This document shows, one piece after another, positions 45,514 through 59,281 of a stretch of 64,000 bases of DNA. Below the pieces are notes generated by a model. It made no database searches. It saw only the letters and a list, made by a program, of their open reading frames with translations, and had not been told where the DNA came from. Each line of letters starts with the position of its first letter. Position 1 is the stretch's first letter. The translations under genes were made by a program, and so were the position numbers. Location: assembly GCA_951406725.2 (NCBI GenBank), contig OX597830.1, forward strand, positions 50,654,001 to 50,718,000, read 5' to 3'. This stretch comes from Octopus vulgaris (taxonomy: Eukaryota).

Positions 45514-45961
45514 TATTTCTTTACCAACCACAAGGGGCTAAACACAAAGACATAGGTATTAAGTCGATTACATCGACCCCAGTGCGTAACTGGTACGTAT
45601 TTAATCGACTCCGAAAGGATGAAAGGCAAAGTCGACCTCGGCGGATTTTGAACTCAGAACGTAACGGCAGACGAAATACCGCTAAGCATTTCGCCCGACG
45701 CGCGAACGTTTCTGCCAGCTCGCCGTATATACCTATTTCTTTATTACCCACAAGGGGCTAAACATAGTGGGGACAAACAAAGACAGACATAGGTATTAAG
45801 TCGATTACATCGACCCCAGTGCGTAACTGGTACTTATTTAATCGACCCCGAAAGGATGAAAGGCAAAGTCGACCTCGGCGGAATTTGAACTCAGAACGTA
45901 GCGGCAGACGAAATACCGCTAAGCATTTCGGCCGGCGCGCTAACATTTCTGCCAGCTCGCC
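45514..45961 (-). mobile_element. Head-to-tail dimer of SINE family A
   Basis: Copies 45514-45724 and 45734-45961; gtatatacc repeated at 45505-45513, 45725-45733 and 45962-45970. Confidence 0.95.
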
Positions 45962-46039
45962 GTATATACCGTGTTGGTTGTCTTTAGACACAAGCTAGTC
46001 TCACAAGCGTCGTTGAATAACTTTGAAGAAAGATGAGAT

Positions 46040-47810
46040 CATCAGATTGTAAGAAGCGAAGACATGAAGTTGAAAACAAAAATGTTAAGCTAGACTGGGA
46101 GAAAGATTTTGTATTCACTATTAAGGTGGGTAGACATTTGTGTCTTATTTCTCATAAGTTACTTGGTCATTAGAAAGCCAGGAAACTGAACAAATACTCA
46201 AAGCTTCTCACTTGGTTATCAACTTAAATCAGATTTACAGAAAATCAATGTAACTATTAAAATCCTCACGACATACTCGGCAGACTCTGTTGACAATGTT
46301 CTGCAAAGAGGCCGAAACAACGACTGAAACTAATTTTGTTATATCACAGAATATTACTTGTGATAAACGCCTTCATTGTGATGGCGAAATTGTTAAGCAG
46401 AATCAAGCAGATGTTGCTGGTGTGTTAAATCCGAATAACACAGTGACATTTAACAAAACAAAAACACCAGTTTTACGTCACATTACAAAGTAACGTATCT
46501 CTCAGATCATTGCCGATGTTACAAACAAAATGCAAAATGATTTTAAAAGTTTTCTTGCATTCTAAAGAATGCTGAATTAACTGACAAGACAGCTAACAGC
46601 TGGCAACATGTATTCGTTATGTTTCTTCGGAGGTAATTGTGAAAGAAGAGATGATGGATTTGGTGGAATTAAATACTCTTTATGTTGATATTAAAAAAAC
46701 GGTACTTGACAGAGCCTTAACAAAAGTTGGTGTTCTGCTGAATAATTTTGTCAGTTTTGCAACAGATGGAGCTCTTACAATGACAGGAGAAAATGAAGGC
46801 TTAATAGGGCCTTTGAATGGTGATCCCAACTTTCTACAATTTCTCCCAGTTCATTATATCATTCATCGTAAACAACCTACTAGATACTTCAGGCATGAAG
46901 ATGTTATGAAATCGCTCCTTTGAGTTGTGTATTTTATACACTTTTAAATGGGTAATACCATGACAGTTCAGAAATTTTATTGAAGAACTGGAGCTTGAAA
47001 TTGAAAGTCTAAAACCGAGAGATGTATCTTTCTGTTGCATTGCGAGATGGCTTAACAACACTGCTTAAACAACACTGCCTGGCAAATGTTTCTGGATCTG
47101 TTGGATCCTGTTATATCACGAAGGAAAGAAACGATCCTGTCCTCAACTGGAAAATGATGATATTCTTCAGTGATATAAAGAACCATCTATGAACTGTAAA
47201 CTCCAAGGAAAGAATAAGGTTATTTCTGATCTTACCCAGTTTTCAGCTTTCGGATTAAAATAAAAACCTTTTTAAACTGAGATTTGATTCAATTTCTCAA
47301 TCTCAAAAAGAAAATAAATTCATTCTCTGATACTGAAATAAAAAGCGACAAACTGTAAGAATACAAACATAAATTGATAACTTGCTAGCCTGGTTTTATG
47401 ATTTCCAAAGGATGAAATTCTACTTCACCTCTTCCGTAAATCCAATCATGGGGTGAGGTCAGTGATGGTTGTCGAATTCTGAAATCTCTTGTTTAATGTA
47501 CTATGGAAATGGAACTAACGAAATTACAGGAGGACCTGCATCTGAAGATGATCCATAAATCCCAGTCTCCAAACGAGTTCTGGACACAAGATCCAGAAAT
47601 AAAATAGCATGTGTCCAACCCATATAAATTTTCACTACTGCTGTGAATCTCTGTACTTGATGGTGAGGTTTGTGAAATCGAAGCATTAAGTCTCACAAAA
47701 CATCATCAGATGGAGCTAATTCATACAGCCTTGACTACATATCAACCAGATACTCAACAACTTTCAACAGCCAAAATGGAAACGAACGAGACATCTATTA
47801 GCAGTAAATA
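46040..47810 (+). mobile_element. hAT transposase pseudogene (SPIN/Buster, GTF2IRD2-like)
   Basis: KKRRHEVENK..DWEKDFVFT..HLCLIS (BED-finger region), FVSFATDGALTMTGENEGLIG, PVHYIIH, CIARWL, LQGKNK motifs; many stops and frameshifts. Confidence 0.85.
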
Positions 47811-48202
47811 GCCGCTTTAATAGCCTGAATTTTGTTGCATTTTCTTTTGTAAAAATATTGTAAAACTAACTTTATTGTAAGGTAGTATCTGATTTAAATA
47901 TCTTTACGTTTATTGGTTTGCTTTTTTACATATTTTCTTCCATGTTTTGACCAGATATTTTACTAAGATAAATAAACAACATTAAAAATATTCGTTTTCT
48001 TTTTACTTTTAGTTTTACAAGCCTAATTTTATGTTATCCAAATGCAAATTCGCACATTTTTCTTTTCTGCAGTTAATCACCGTATCGAATACGTTAAAAC
48101 GTTTGGCGTACAAAATGAAACTGATGCAGTTTAACAGTTTTTAAAAGCTGCATTCATGAATAAATGTTATTGCATACATACAAAATATGTGTGTAACAAT
48201 TA

Positions 48203-49487
48203 CGAGGGACGTTCAATAAGTAATGCCTCTGACCCACTTGCAGTCGTTTGATCTAGCTGAAAGTTTGCATGTGCAATCATTTATATCTCTATAAATTAAG
48301 TGGCAAATTACAGCTCTGAATTAATTGTGGTTTCTGATTTACAGGTGTTTAAGCCGAGTCAAGTGTGAAATGGAGCCTGTTGAGTGTCGAGCAGTGATTC
48401 GGATTTTGTATTTGAAAGGACGCACACGACGGGAGACTTTTGATGAAATGAAAGTAACTTATGGTGATGATGCCCCATCATGTGACCTTGTAAAACGCTG
48501 GCATCGTGAATTCAAACATGGTCGGAACTCTGTGGAAACAGCTCCCAGATCTGGTCGCCCCCTTCTGCCATTGATGAGGCATCTGTCCGTCAAGTTGAGG
48601 CTGCCATTTTGGAAGATCGACGCATAATTATTCGCCAAATAGCCCATGAGGTCAAGATTAGTACCGGGTCTGTGGAAACTATCATTCATGACCATTTGCA
48701 TATGCAAAAGGTGTCTGCCAGATGGATTCCCTCACGCCTTTCCAGAAGCAAGAACGGGGTCGAGTGCTCGAGGGTGAATTTGGAGATGTGCCAAGAAGAT
48801 GAGTCAAAATTTTTCAAAAGACTGATCACACAGGATAAAACCTGTGTCCATCACTATGATCCATAGACCAAAGCCCAGTCAATGCAGTGGAAGCACCGTG
48901 ACTCACCCTCTCCAAAGAAGGCAAGGGTGCAGCCCTCCGCTGGCAAGGTCATGCTCACAGTCTTCTGGGACCAGGATGGAGTAGTGATGACAGATTTCCT
49001 GGCAAAGGGTACCACAATTGCAGGAGCCTATTATGCTTCACTTTTGAGGAAATTAAGAGAAGTTACCAAAATCAAGAGGCGGGGCAAGATCAGCAAAGGC
49101 ATCCTCCTCCTGCAGGACAACGCTCTGGTCCACAACTCGCATGTCGCCAGATCAGAAGCACAGGCGTGCGGCTATGAACTCCTCCCCATCCCCCCTACTT
49201 TCCTGACCTTGCACCCTCTGATTTTCACCTCTTCCCATCCATGAAGTTGTTTTTGAAAGGAAAGCGTTTCCCAGATGATGCAGCCTTGATTTCTGAAGTC
49301 ACGTTGAGGTTGGAGGACCAAGCTGGGTTCTTCTACAAAAACGGTCTCGAAAGCCGCATCAAACGATGGGAGAAATGTGTAACTCGGGGTGGTTCCTATG
49401 TAGAAAAAGACTAATAAGTGTGCCAAGTTTCGTTGCTCTACTGCTATGGGAAGTTGGTCAGGGGCATTACTTATTGAACGCCCCTCG
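48203..49487 (+). mobile_element. Full-length mariner DNA transposon (DD34D, irritans-like), 1285 bp
   Basis: TA-cgagggacgttcaataagtaatgcctctgacc ... ggtcaggggcattacttattgaacgcccctcg-TA TIRs with TA duplication. Confidence 0.97.
48370..49414 (+). pseudogene. Mariner transposase, frameshifted
   Basis: MEPVECRAVIR..PRSGRP, ARWIP, ITQDKTCVHHYDP, SAGKVMLTVFWD, LLQDNA, HPPYFPDLAPSDF; split over several frames with an internal stop. Confidence 0.95.
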
Positions 49488-49767
49488 TAAAGCATATTAT
49501 TTTACTGATTTTAGCCATGCTGAGGCCAACTCCTTCAAGTTATTTAGTCAGTCACATCAACACCAGTATTTCATTTGGCAAGTGAGGGTACTGAGTTTAT
49601 TGATCTGGGTTGTGTGGCAGAAGCACAAGTACAGGCACAAATGGAAACACAATGTAAATTGTGTTTACAACGGAACTTTAGCGATTATGGCTCTTACTTT
49701 AGGCAAGTTTGTCTACCACTGAAACACACACGCACACACACACGCACACACACACGCACATACGATT

Positions 49768-50203
49768 CTGTGAGGTAAGAACATTGTTTCCCAACCACAT
49801 GGTTCCGGTTTCAGTCTCACTGTGTGACATCTTGGGCAAGTGAGGATAGTTTACAAGACCTTTCAGCGAACTGTCTTGGAGCGATCAAAATAGAGATCAC
49901 CACTATAGTCTCGGGCCGACCAAATCCTTGTGACTGAATTTGGCAAACGGAAAATGAAAGAAGCCCAACGTATATGTGCGTGTGTGCGTGTGTGTGTATT
50001 TGTATATGTGTTTCTCCCCCCCCCCCAGTATCACTTGACAACTGATGTTGATGCATTTACGTCCCCGTAACTTACCGGTTCGGCAAAAGATACCGATAGA
50101 ATAGGTACTAGGCTTACAAAGAATAGGTCACGGGGTCGGTTTGTTCGACTAAAGGTGGTACTCCAGAATGGCCGCTGTCAAATAACTGAAACAAGTAAAA
50201 GAG
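49768..50203 (+). mobile_element. Second tRNA-derived SINE family with internal (TG)n; carries a 58-bp insert
   Basis: Head ggtaagaacattgtttcccaaccacatggttccgg, cttgggcaagtg, tail cttaccggttcggcaaaag..actgaaacaagtaaaagag; related pieces at 60941-61061 and 63788-63932. Confidence 0.85.
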
Positions 50204-50216
50204 TATATATATATAT

Positions 50217-50383
50217 ATCACCGTGACCGATCAGGCTATCAGATGTTGCTAAACATCGCTGGTCACAATGCGCTTCGCATTGTTTAAGCCTTCAAATGAC
50301 ACCAACCCGCTGGCTAAGCAAGCAGGCCAACAGAAGAAAGCGTGAGAGAAAGTTGTGGCGAAAGAGTACAACAGAGATCGCCA
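50217..50383 (-). mobile_element. Retroelement 3'-end fragment (same family as 41375-41499)
   Basis: High identity to 41375-41499, adjacent to (TA)n. Confidence 0.6.
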
Positions 50384-50685
50384 GGGGAGAGAAAGAAGGA
50401 ATCTAGCTATTTCGATCTTGATGACAAAACCAACACCAGAGTGGCGTGACCTGCCCTTATTTCTTCCACACCAGAAAAGTATGTATCCAACTTTATTTTC
50501 TTCTAACAGTTATGATCCTGTAAGACGAGTTTCACTGAGTACAGCTATGTCAATGCTGTATTTCTTTGGTTTGGTTCAAGGACATCCAGTGCTGTTCGTT
50601 GTTCTGATGGTGAGTGATTTTCTTGGAGAGTGCGCACAATCCAAGAACCAAGGTTAAAATTCTTAGATTTCTTCATGCATTCTCC

Positions 50686-50741
<56 letters not shown>

Positions 50742-51112
50742 GTATATATACACATACAAATAATAAAGGAGGCTTATTCACAATTTACAACCGAATGAGA
50801 GACGTATAGACGTCACTTAAGTGACTAAGGGTACTACTTAGCACCAGCCTTGCTAGAAATATGATTCAAAACAACTCTTAGGCACGAGAAAGCACTTTCC
50901 TTATGATTGACAAGGGAGGTTACTGGGTGAGAGTCACTTGGAGCATTAATCAAATGTGAAATCGCTGGGGATCTGGATATGTGTCGGATGCTTTAGGGAG
51001 TTTGCATCCCTTGTCAGTCATAAGATAAATGCTTTCTCCCGGCTATGAGTTATTTTGATTCCTATTTCTAGCAATTCTGGTACTAACTAGCACCTTTAGT
51101 CACTTTAGTGAC

Positions 51113-51162
<50 letters not shown>

Positions 51163-53659
51163 GTATACATATATATATATATGTGTGTGTGCGTGTGCGT
51201 GTGTGTGTGTGTGCGCGTGTGTATGTGTGTGTGTATGGTATTATATTATATTGTATTCTATATTCATTGACACACGCCTCTGTGTAAATCACAATATATT
51301 CCTATGTATATATACACAGTAGCAAAGATGGCTGAAGCTGTATATAATTTAGCTCGATGATTTATCATAAATTTCCCGGTACATCATGTCTGATTTAAAC
51401 ACACACTTCAAGATTTGTGTTATATATCTTTCCACTTCCAATAAATAAAATCTAGACATATACGTGATCGATAATCAATAATGTTCGCCACCTCTTTCAA
51501 TATGCCTTCCCTTCTCTCTTTATCCCTAGTTCTGGGACCCTTTCTCTCTCTCTGTCCCTCTAAAGCCATAATTATCTACACCGATTTGACAGTAAAGAAG
51601 ATATTGGCGAAAACCCAACACTGTTTCACCCGATCGAACCCCGCCCTCTTTATCTCCTGTCTTCTTCACTTACTAAGACTATTTTGCCTTTGTCTTGCCC
51701 ATGAAGAACGCATGACTAATTGAATAGCTTCATCCTATCTGTTTATTTAACAGCTGATAGTAGGTCCACCGTCTAATCACAATGGTTCGCTGTTTCGTTC
51801 GCTATCCTCCTGAGCGCTTTTGTTGCCAAATACGCTGTTACTTGCCTTAACAAAGCTTCCATAGATCACGAATATCAAAACGAAAGCGAAAGTAAAACAA
51901 ATAAAAATGAACCTCCATATTCCCAATAATCGTTGCATGTTACTCTATTTTTCTATCTCCGATAATTGTAAACGGTGTTCCATTATTTTCTACGTGACTC
52001 AAAGCATAAGACAGTGTTTAGTTATTCAATTTTCTCTTTTATATTTTTATTGTTCATGATGCTGCTGTTATCATCGCAACTTTCTCTTGTTTTTGTTGAG
52101 GAAATATGGTTACTTTTTACATCTATTTTTTTTATGTTTATTTTTTTTCTTATTTCACATAAGCCTTCCAAGGACGATGGAAAACTCCCTCGCAAACAAT
52201 CGTTTGATACACCAGCAAGTTATTGACGCTAGAGAATCGCAATTAATCTTTATTTAGTTAATGAAATAAACTGAATTAAACAAGTGGATATTGAAATTTA
52301 ATTAAATCGAACATTTTTGATTTGGAATTATATTTCAGTTGAGTGTGGTGATAGCTTAAATACTTTAAAATTACGGAGTAATTTTGATCGGTCTATAATT
52401 AGCTAATCGAACAGTAAAAAATTGTTGTTCATCATCTGATTAACTCAGCAAGTATGCTTTCCCACTAAAAGACCATTCTATCTTTTATCAGACATAGTAT
52501 TTCTTAAACTATGTTAACTAATGTGTCCTTCCTTTCGTAAAAAATGTAAGGAAGGATTTCAACGAGATCTGGTTGTTACTTATTGTACCACAAAAGTTCA
52601 ATTTAAATGGCTGTTGCAGAGTTATTATTAGTGGTGATGTTAGTGTGATTGTTCTTTTTGCTGCTTAGACTCACATTAGGTCTAATCCACCAGAGATCTA
52701 AAGAAAGACGTTCCAAACATGACCATTCTGCGTTTTGGTCTGCAAGGTTGTATCTAAAACTGTTTTAATAATATTTCCCTCATTTTATGATTATATTGTG
52801 TGATCAAATTAGATTTGTTCGCCATTTGTAGCAGGTTGGACTGCGTGTATAAGTTTACTCATTCTATTTTACATACACGAATATTATGTGTTATTGCACG
52901 AAACTCACTTTGTTTAAAATCTTTCGGGATAGATATAAGAAATAAGAGCCAGTATTATACGTTGTATAGAACTGGTACCACTAAGAATTATCTGAAGCTA
53001 GATTAGCAACATGGATATAATGGAGTATTAAATAGCGCTTTCCTTTCTGATTTCAGAAGCTACTGAAAGGCAATTTGTCTTCAATCCTTCCAGGGTAGAG
53101 CAAATTTATATTTCTTTTTTCTGGGGTTGATGAAATAAAGATGTAAACCGGGACTGTAATTTCTAGGAATTGTGAGAGCTGGACAAAATACCTTACGATA
53201 GTGTTTTCAACACTTTCCGTTCTGGTGGTAAACGTTGAACAATAGTGGTATATTGGGGACAAGGGGCTCTAGTTCTATCGGCAAGCATTGGGTTTCCATA
53301 CCACCCCACCCTGTTCACTTTATGAAATCAACTTTGTAGCTATTGATACGTGGTAAACCCCAACTCACGGAGTCCTAGTTTATATAGAGTACCTCTCCGT
53401 AGTTCCTTATATATTTATTTAGGGGTGCATACACACATATAGATATACATATGTGACCACGTTTGTATCGTTGGCGACTTTCTTTAATCTCAAACCGTTA
53501 AAAACAAATATAGTTTCTTTGAAACGCCATAGATTAAACAAAATAATTCAAAATTTCAATAACCAGTCGGAATTTATTGACCAGCATGGATCTATTTTAA
53601 CTTCTTCGGGGTGATGGGCAAAAAGTGTAAACGCATATATATATATATGATAGATCGGT

Positions 53660-53818
53660 AGCCACTACACACATTTTTTTCTCTCCTTGTTTTTTCTGTG
53701 TCCCTTTCTGTAGAAGAGCGTAGGCTCGAAACGTAAAAGACTTTTTCTATTCCTGATACATCTGTTTGTTTTGTACACCACCCGTCTTCGTCTTTTGTTT
53801 TTTTCGTAAACTCTCCCT
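53660..53818 (+). mobile_element. Penelope-like pLTR fragment with variant hammerhead motif (53704-53739)
   Basis: cttt-CTGTAGAA-GAGC-gtag-GCTC-GAAA-CG-TA-aaag; stem I cttt/aaag, ACGT palindromic stem III; (TA)n flanks. Confidence 0.6.
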
Positions 53819-54592
53819 ATATATATATATACATACATACATGTATGCGTGAGTGCGCATACGTATTAATGTATTCGCGCATGCATATTTCGTTTCATCT
53901 CATACCCGACTATGGCTCAAGTACGCTTGAGATTAGCCCTGTGTTCCATTCCAGTTGAATCGATAAAATAAGTAGAAAAACGCTTCACTATGAAATAACC
54001 CTGCATTAGACGAACGAAAATTAATAATGGCGAAAGGCACTACAAGGACTCTGCCGCCCGTTGTGATTTCGCCAGTAATTATCAGTTTCCTATCAAACGT
54101 TCCCTATCAAAGCAGAGGATTGCAATTTGTATTTCTAACCCTACTTAACACAGACATATGACTGTCATATATCAATTCAAGAGTTGGTCACTTGTTTTGG
54201 TTATTTTTTATTATGTTGCTGTGATTGTTATTAATGTTTCTACTCCTTATATCACTAGCAACAATCTGACTAATTTAGGCATTGATCAGAAATTCTCATC
54301 ACGTGATTCATTAGATTCTTCTGTGTAAAACGGTTCTTCAAGTAGATTGCCCATTAACAATCATTAGAGGTCTGCAAGAGTGAAGAGCAGTATAAGTATC
54401 TTGTTAGTAATGGCGACGTGTTGTAGGTTTATTGCAAACGCTAAAAGCAGGCAAGAATCATATTAACGCTTCTAAGTTACTATGACACATTCGTCTGTGT
54501 GTCTGTATGTATGTACATGTATATATGTATATGTATATATCTATGTATGTGTATATAGATATACGCACACACACATACATACATACATGTAT

Positions 54593-54625
<33 letters not shown>

Positions 54626-55128
54626 ACTGTTTGTGTATATATAGGGAGATGCGTATATATATATGTATATACACATACTGACATATCTGTGTGTTTGTGT
54701 AGGTGTGTATGAATGTATATCTGTATGTATGTGTGTGCATTTGCGTGTAGAGACACATGTGCACAAGAATATAAACGTATGTATGTATGTATGTATTTAT
54801 GTATGTATGAGCATCTGTCTTTAACTTATCTCTTTTGTTAATATAGCCTTCATTAATCTGAATATTTACCTGCCCAAGAGAAATAATAAAAAGAAAGGGG
54901 AGAGAGAGAGAGAGAGAGAGGAAGGAGCGAGTAAGAGTGAAGAGCAGAGACTATCGTTCGCTGATGTTAATAACATCCCTTTCACTATATCAGTATAATC
55001 ATCAATTACGTAACACTCCTTCAATGTATAGGCACATACACACACATACATACATACACACACATACATACATACACACACATACATACATACACACACA
55101 CACACGCAAATACATGCAGGTGAGCATT

Positions 55129-55213
<85 letters not shown>

Positions 55214-55890
55214 GCTCTCATACAAACACGCAAGCACTTCATGTTTCGCCAATCATTTCATATCCATACGTTCAATGATTCTAGCAAATATTTGAAAGAG
55301 CGCCACCTGTGAGCAAAAGCTCTTCAGAAATTGTCAACTCGCAAATTCCCTTTATGGTTATAAACTTTCTAAACCTTCCTGTAATACATTGCTTATTAAA
55401 AGAGAAAGAAAAATATGAAGAAAGAAATAAAGATAAACATCACACGTTCATAATACAAAGATAACTTAACTAGTATTCATTATTTTTTACTGTCACATGA
55501 TGGCAATAAATTGTACTTTCTAAAGTGGCAAATTATTCTATCGTTTATAGTCGATCTCCTTGTTGGTAATATCTGAAAATATGCACACACGCACATATAC
55601 AGGTATACACGTATATATAGAGAGAGGCACACGCAAATATTTATCAATCTATATACATACACACAAAAACACATCTGCAGTGTAAACATATAATAAAATA
55701 AACATGAAATTCCATACACTATTTTAGAATATTACACACACAGGCACAGATGCAAGTATGCACTGGCACACATATACACACGCAATCGCCCTGACACAAA
55801 CACAAATGCGCAGACATGAATGCATGCGTTGACATCCGTGTATGTATGTACGCACATATACATATAAATATACATACATACACACACATA

Positions 55891-55932
<42 letters not shown>

Positions 55933-56368
55933 CACAAACACACTCTCACACACATATATACCTACTTTCCAGATCCATAGGATCGAGGTATTCTGATAAC
56001 AAAGACAGCAAGGTAGAGTCAGAGACAGCATACTCATGTTTCAACAGTGTGTGCGGGCACTCACGTACTTATTGGAGTATATATGGGTTTGTCCTTCCAG
56101 TTACGAATACGTCCACAAATATAGATCAAATGCATTCAACGTGTACGCAAAACCATACAACAAAATACCTGGCATGCAGTTTCCGGCCTACTGTAGGCTC
56201 AAGATCCAACACAGAGAAGGTACCGAGTGTATGTACGCATGTATGTGTGTATGTATGTATGTATGTATGTATGTATGTATGTATGTATGTATGTATGTAT
56301 GTATGTATGTATGGATGTATGTATGTACGTAAGTATGTATGTATATATGTATGTGTGTTTGTATACAT

Positions 56369-56422
<54 letters not shown>

Positions 56423-56463
56423 GAGAAAGAGGAGGAAAATGGAATTCACAAGATTTTGTATTA

Positions 56464-56544
56464 ATCACTACGATCGTTTCAACCTGTTATGCATAGAGTT
56501 CTCATGTGATACATCATTGGTGCAGATGTTACTCGTCAGATGAC
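56464..56544 (-). ncRNA. Type-I hammerhead ribozyme with extended stem II
   Basis: Minus strand gtcat-CTGACGA-[52 nt, aac..ctg/caggtt]-GAAA-CGATCG-TA-gtgat; full core, palindromic stem III, GUA site. Confidence 0.75.
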
Positions 56545-56585
56545 TTGTCGAAACAGTTTAAAATCATACCCATGACATGCATGTG

Positions 56586-56910
56586 AAAGCGAGTGGCTTA
56601 GTGGTTAGTGTATTCGGATCAGGATCGTAAGTTTCTAAGTTCGATTGCCGGCGGTACGTACTGTTCTTCAGCAACGCACATTATTTCACGTTGCTCCAGT
56701 CCGTTAAGCTGGTAAAAGTATCTGCGCCTGTAGTTCAATATACTAGCCTTGTCACTTTGAGATTGTCATACTGCATCTTCCTGTTAACTACGTAAAAGTT
56801 ATGCTTATCTATGGAGTGCTCAGCCACTTATTCTTTAATTTCATGAGCAGTCTGATCCTTTGATCGAATCACCTGGAAGCCTCGTAGTCATAACTGGCAG
56901 AGTTCCCACC
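56586..56910 (+). mobile_element. Third tRNA-derived SINE family (V-domain-like core), old
   Basis: A-box tggcttagtgg, B-box gttcgattgcc, core cacattatttcacgttgctccagtcc. Confidence 0.7.
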
Positions 56911-56947
56911 TACAAACATGTACATACATACATACATACATACATAT

Positions 56948-57125
56948 AAAGTTAATCCAAACATGAAAACAAAGAGAAAACACAACAACGCGAGGACGTG
57001 GAACAAGTATAGTGTTATTGGACGCTCAAGAAAGAAGGAGGATTTAGCGTTTCGAACATAGGAAAAGGAAAGATCCAAGGAAGGGAAGACGGAGGAAAAA
57101 ATCGCTAACGATGCATACGCGATCA
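56948..57125 (-). mobile_element. Probable Penelope-like terminal fragment in (TACA)n
   Basis: Organisation similar to the 2240/53660 family (ggacgctcaagaa..gcgtttcga); the hammerhead 5' half appears deleted. Confidence 0.4.
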
Positions 57126-57951
57126 ATACATACATACATACATACATACATACATACATACATACATACATACATACATACATACATACACACACACTTA
57201 TACACAGAGAGAAAGCCAAACAGACAAACTAACAAAGAGAGGGATAGAGAGAGAGAAATAGACTGAGACAGGAAGAGGAGAAAGAGAGAGATAGAAAGAG
57301 AGTGAGAGCGAGAGAAAGATAGACGCGCTAGGACACATCTACTGATAATGATGATAAGAACTAAGTTTATGCTACTTCATTATATTGAAAGCGATAATAA
57401 AATAAAGTTTAAATCTGGAAAATAATGTTTATTTTTAAATATAGAAAATTGCAAATTGTAATAAAGTTTGCATAGAACAATCTGAAACCAAAAAACAAAA
57501 GAAAACACAATTTCTCGGTTCAGTATCTTCTTTAATTGTACAGAATGAGACAATTTAGTCATTTCCAGTGGAATAATCACGCAACTGTGCTGAATAGACA
57601 AAATATTTGCAGGTTTTGTTTAACTGACAATTCTTTTATGACTGAGCGTTGAATACATATTTTGTTCTCAAAAATACTTCTTTGCTTATTCTTAAATTTC
57701 AACATACAGTCTTAAATTACATTTTCTTTCTAATTCTACAGCTTCTTCCTCCGTACATTAGGCTATATGAAAAGATAACCAAACGAAATATACTCCAATG
57801 TGAGCGAATGAACGACTGTCATTTATGTATATCCATTGCAAACGGAAGAATATTGAGGTATCGACGCCTGTTTCAATTAAACGATTGCTATTAACGAGTG
57901 TTAATTTGTATCTTGGGATATGCTGTGGTGATAGACATTAACGTCTCTGTG

Positions 57952-58004
<53 letters not shown>

Positions 58005-58604
58005 GAAATTTCTCTCTTTGTCTGTTACCATCTTAGTGCCTAAAGCAGCTAACTGGATTTCAATAAACTTCTATAATGTGTCCCCCAGGGGCGTTGAGCG
58101 AATTATATTGATAAAATGAGAAGGTTCCAAAAAGTATTAGCCTGAGAGAAAGAGGATGATTTATATCAATTAAATCGAGAACCTAAGTGGCGATGGGATG
58201 GTAACATTACTACAACTGTTATATACATGCGACACTGTATACATACTTTCGTAAATACATAGGTACAACATACACAAAAACACACACACACAAACATGAA
58301 CACACACACACGCACACACACACGCGCGCGCGCGCGCGCGAGCACACATAAACACAGAAAACGAAGTACGAGGAATACGTAGCTCTCGGGTGAGAGAGGT
58401 AGGTGTCTTTTCTGCTGTCCATCGCAACGAAACTCTCACAGACAGACACGTACACATACTTACATACATACATACATGCATACATAGTATATGCATATAT
58501 ATATATATATATATATATGTAGGTCTCGAGTCGAGTCGGGGGTTAACCACAGTAAATAAGGTACTCAATACATAGCAGAGTAAATTAATTTATTTTATGG
58601 AAGG

Positions 58605-58655
58605 AGCTTCTACAGGACTAGAACTGTTTCATTCAAAAGAAATCATCAGGAAGCT
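58605..58655 (-). ncRNA. Type-I hammerhead ribozyme (mirror copy)
   Basis: Exact reverse complement of 59231-59281. Confidence 0.85.
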
Positions 58656-58894
58656 AGGTGACAAGAGTAGTTTTGGCATTTATACATTTAGGCAGGTTTA
58701 AAGGGGTGGTGGTGGGGGACTTTTTGGGGGTAGGCATGGCGCAAACTATCATTCTTAGGGGAGTGGTCAAAGGAATCGGTGGTAAAGTAGATAAAAGAAT
58801 AAATAAAAGAATAAAAGAATAAATAGAAAAATAGAGCTTTAGGTAAATAAGGAGACTCTCACTTATACATATACATATATACATATATACATAC

Positions 58895-58939
<45 letters not shown>

Positions 58940-58968
58940 ACACACACATGTACACACATGTGTATATG

Positions 58969-59013
<45 letters not shown>

Positions 59014-59230
59014 ATATGTATATATGTATATGTATAAGTGAGAGTTTCCTTATTTACCTAAAACTCTATTTTTCTATTTATTCTTTTATTCTTTTATCTA
59101 CTTTACCACCGATTCCTTTGACCACTCCCTAAGAATGATAGTTTGCGCCATGCCTACCCCAAAAAGTCCCCCACCAGCACCCCTTTAAACCTGCCTAAAT
59201 GTATAAATGCCAAAACTACTCTTGTCACCT

Positions 59231-59281
59231 AGCTTCCTGATGATTTCTTTTGAATGAAACAGTTCTAGTCCTGTAGAAGCT
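59231..59281 (+). ncRNA. Type-I hammerhead ribozyme
   Basis: agcttc-CTGATGA-tttcttttgaat-GAAA-cag-ttctagtc-ctg-TA-gaagct. 6-bp stem I, ttc/gaa stem II, 4-bp stem III, predicted cleavage after A59275. Confidence 0.85.
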
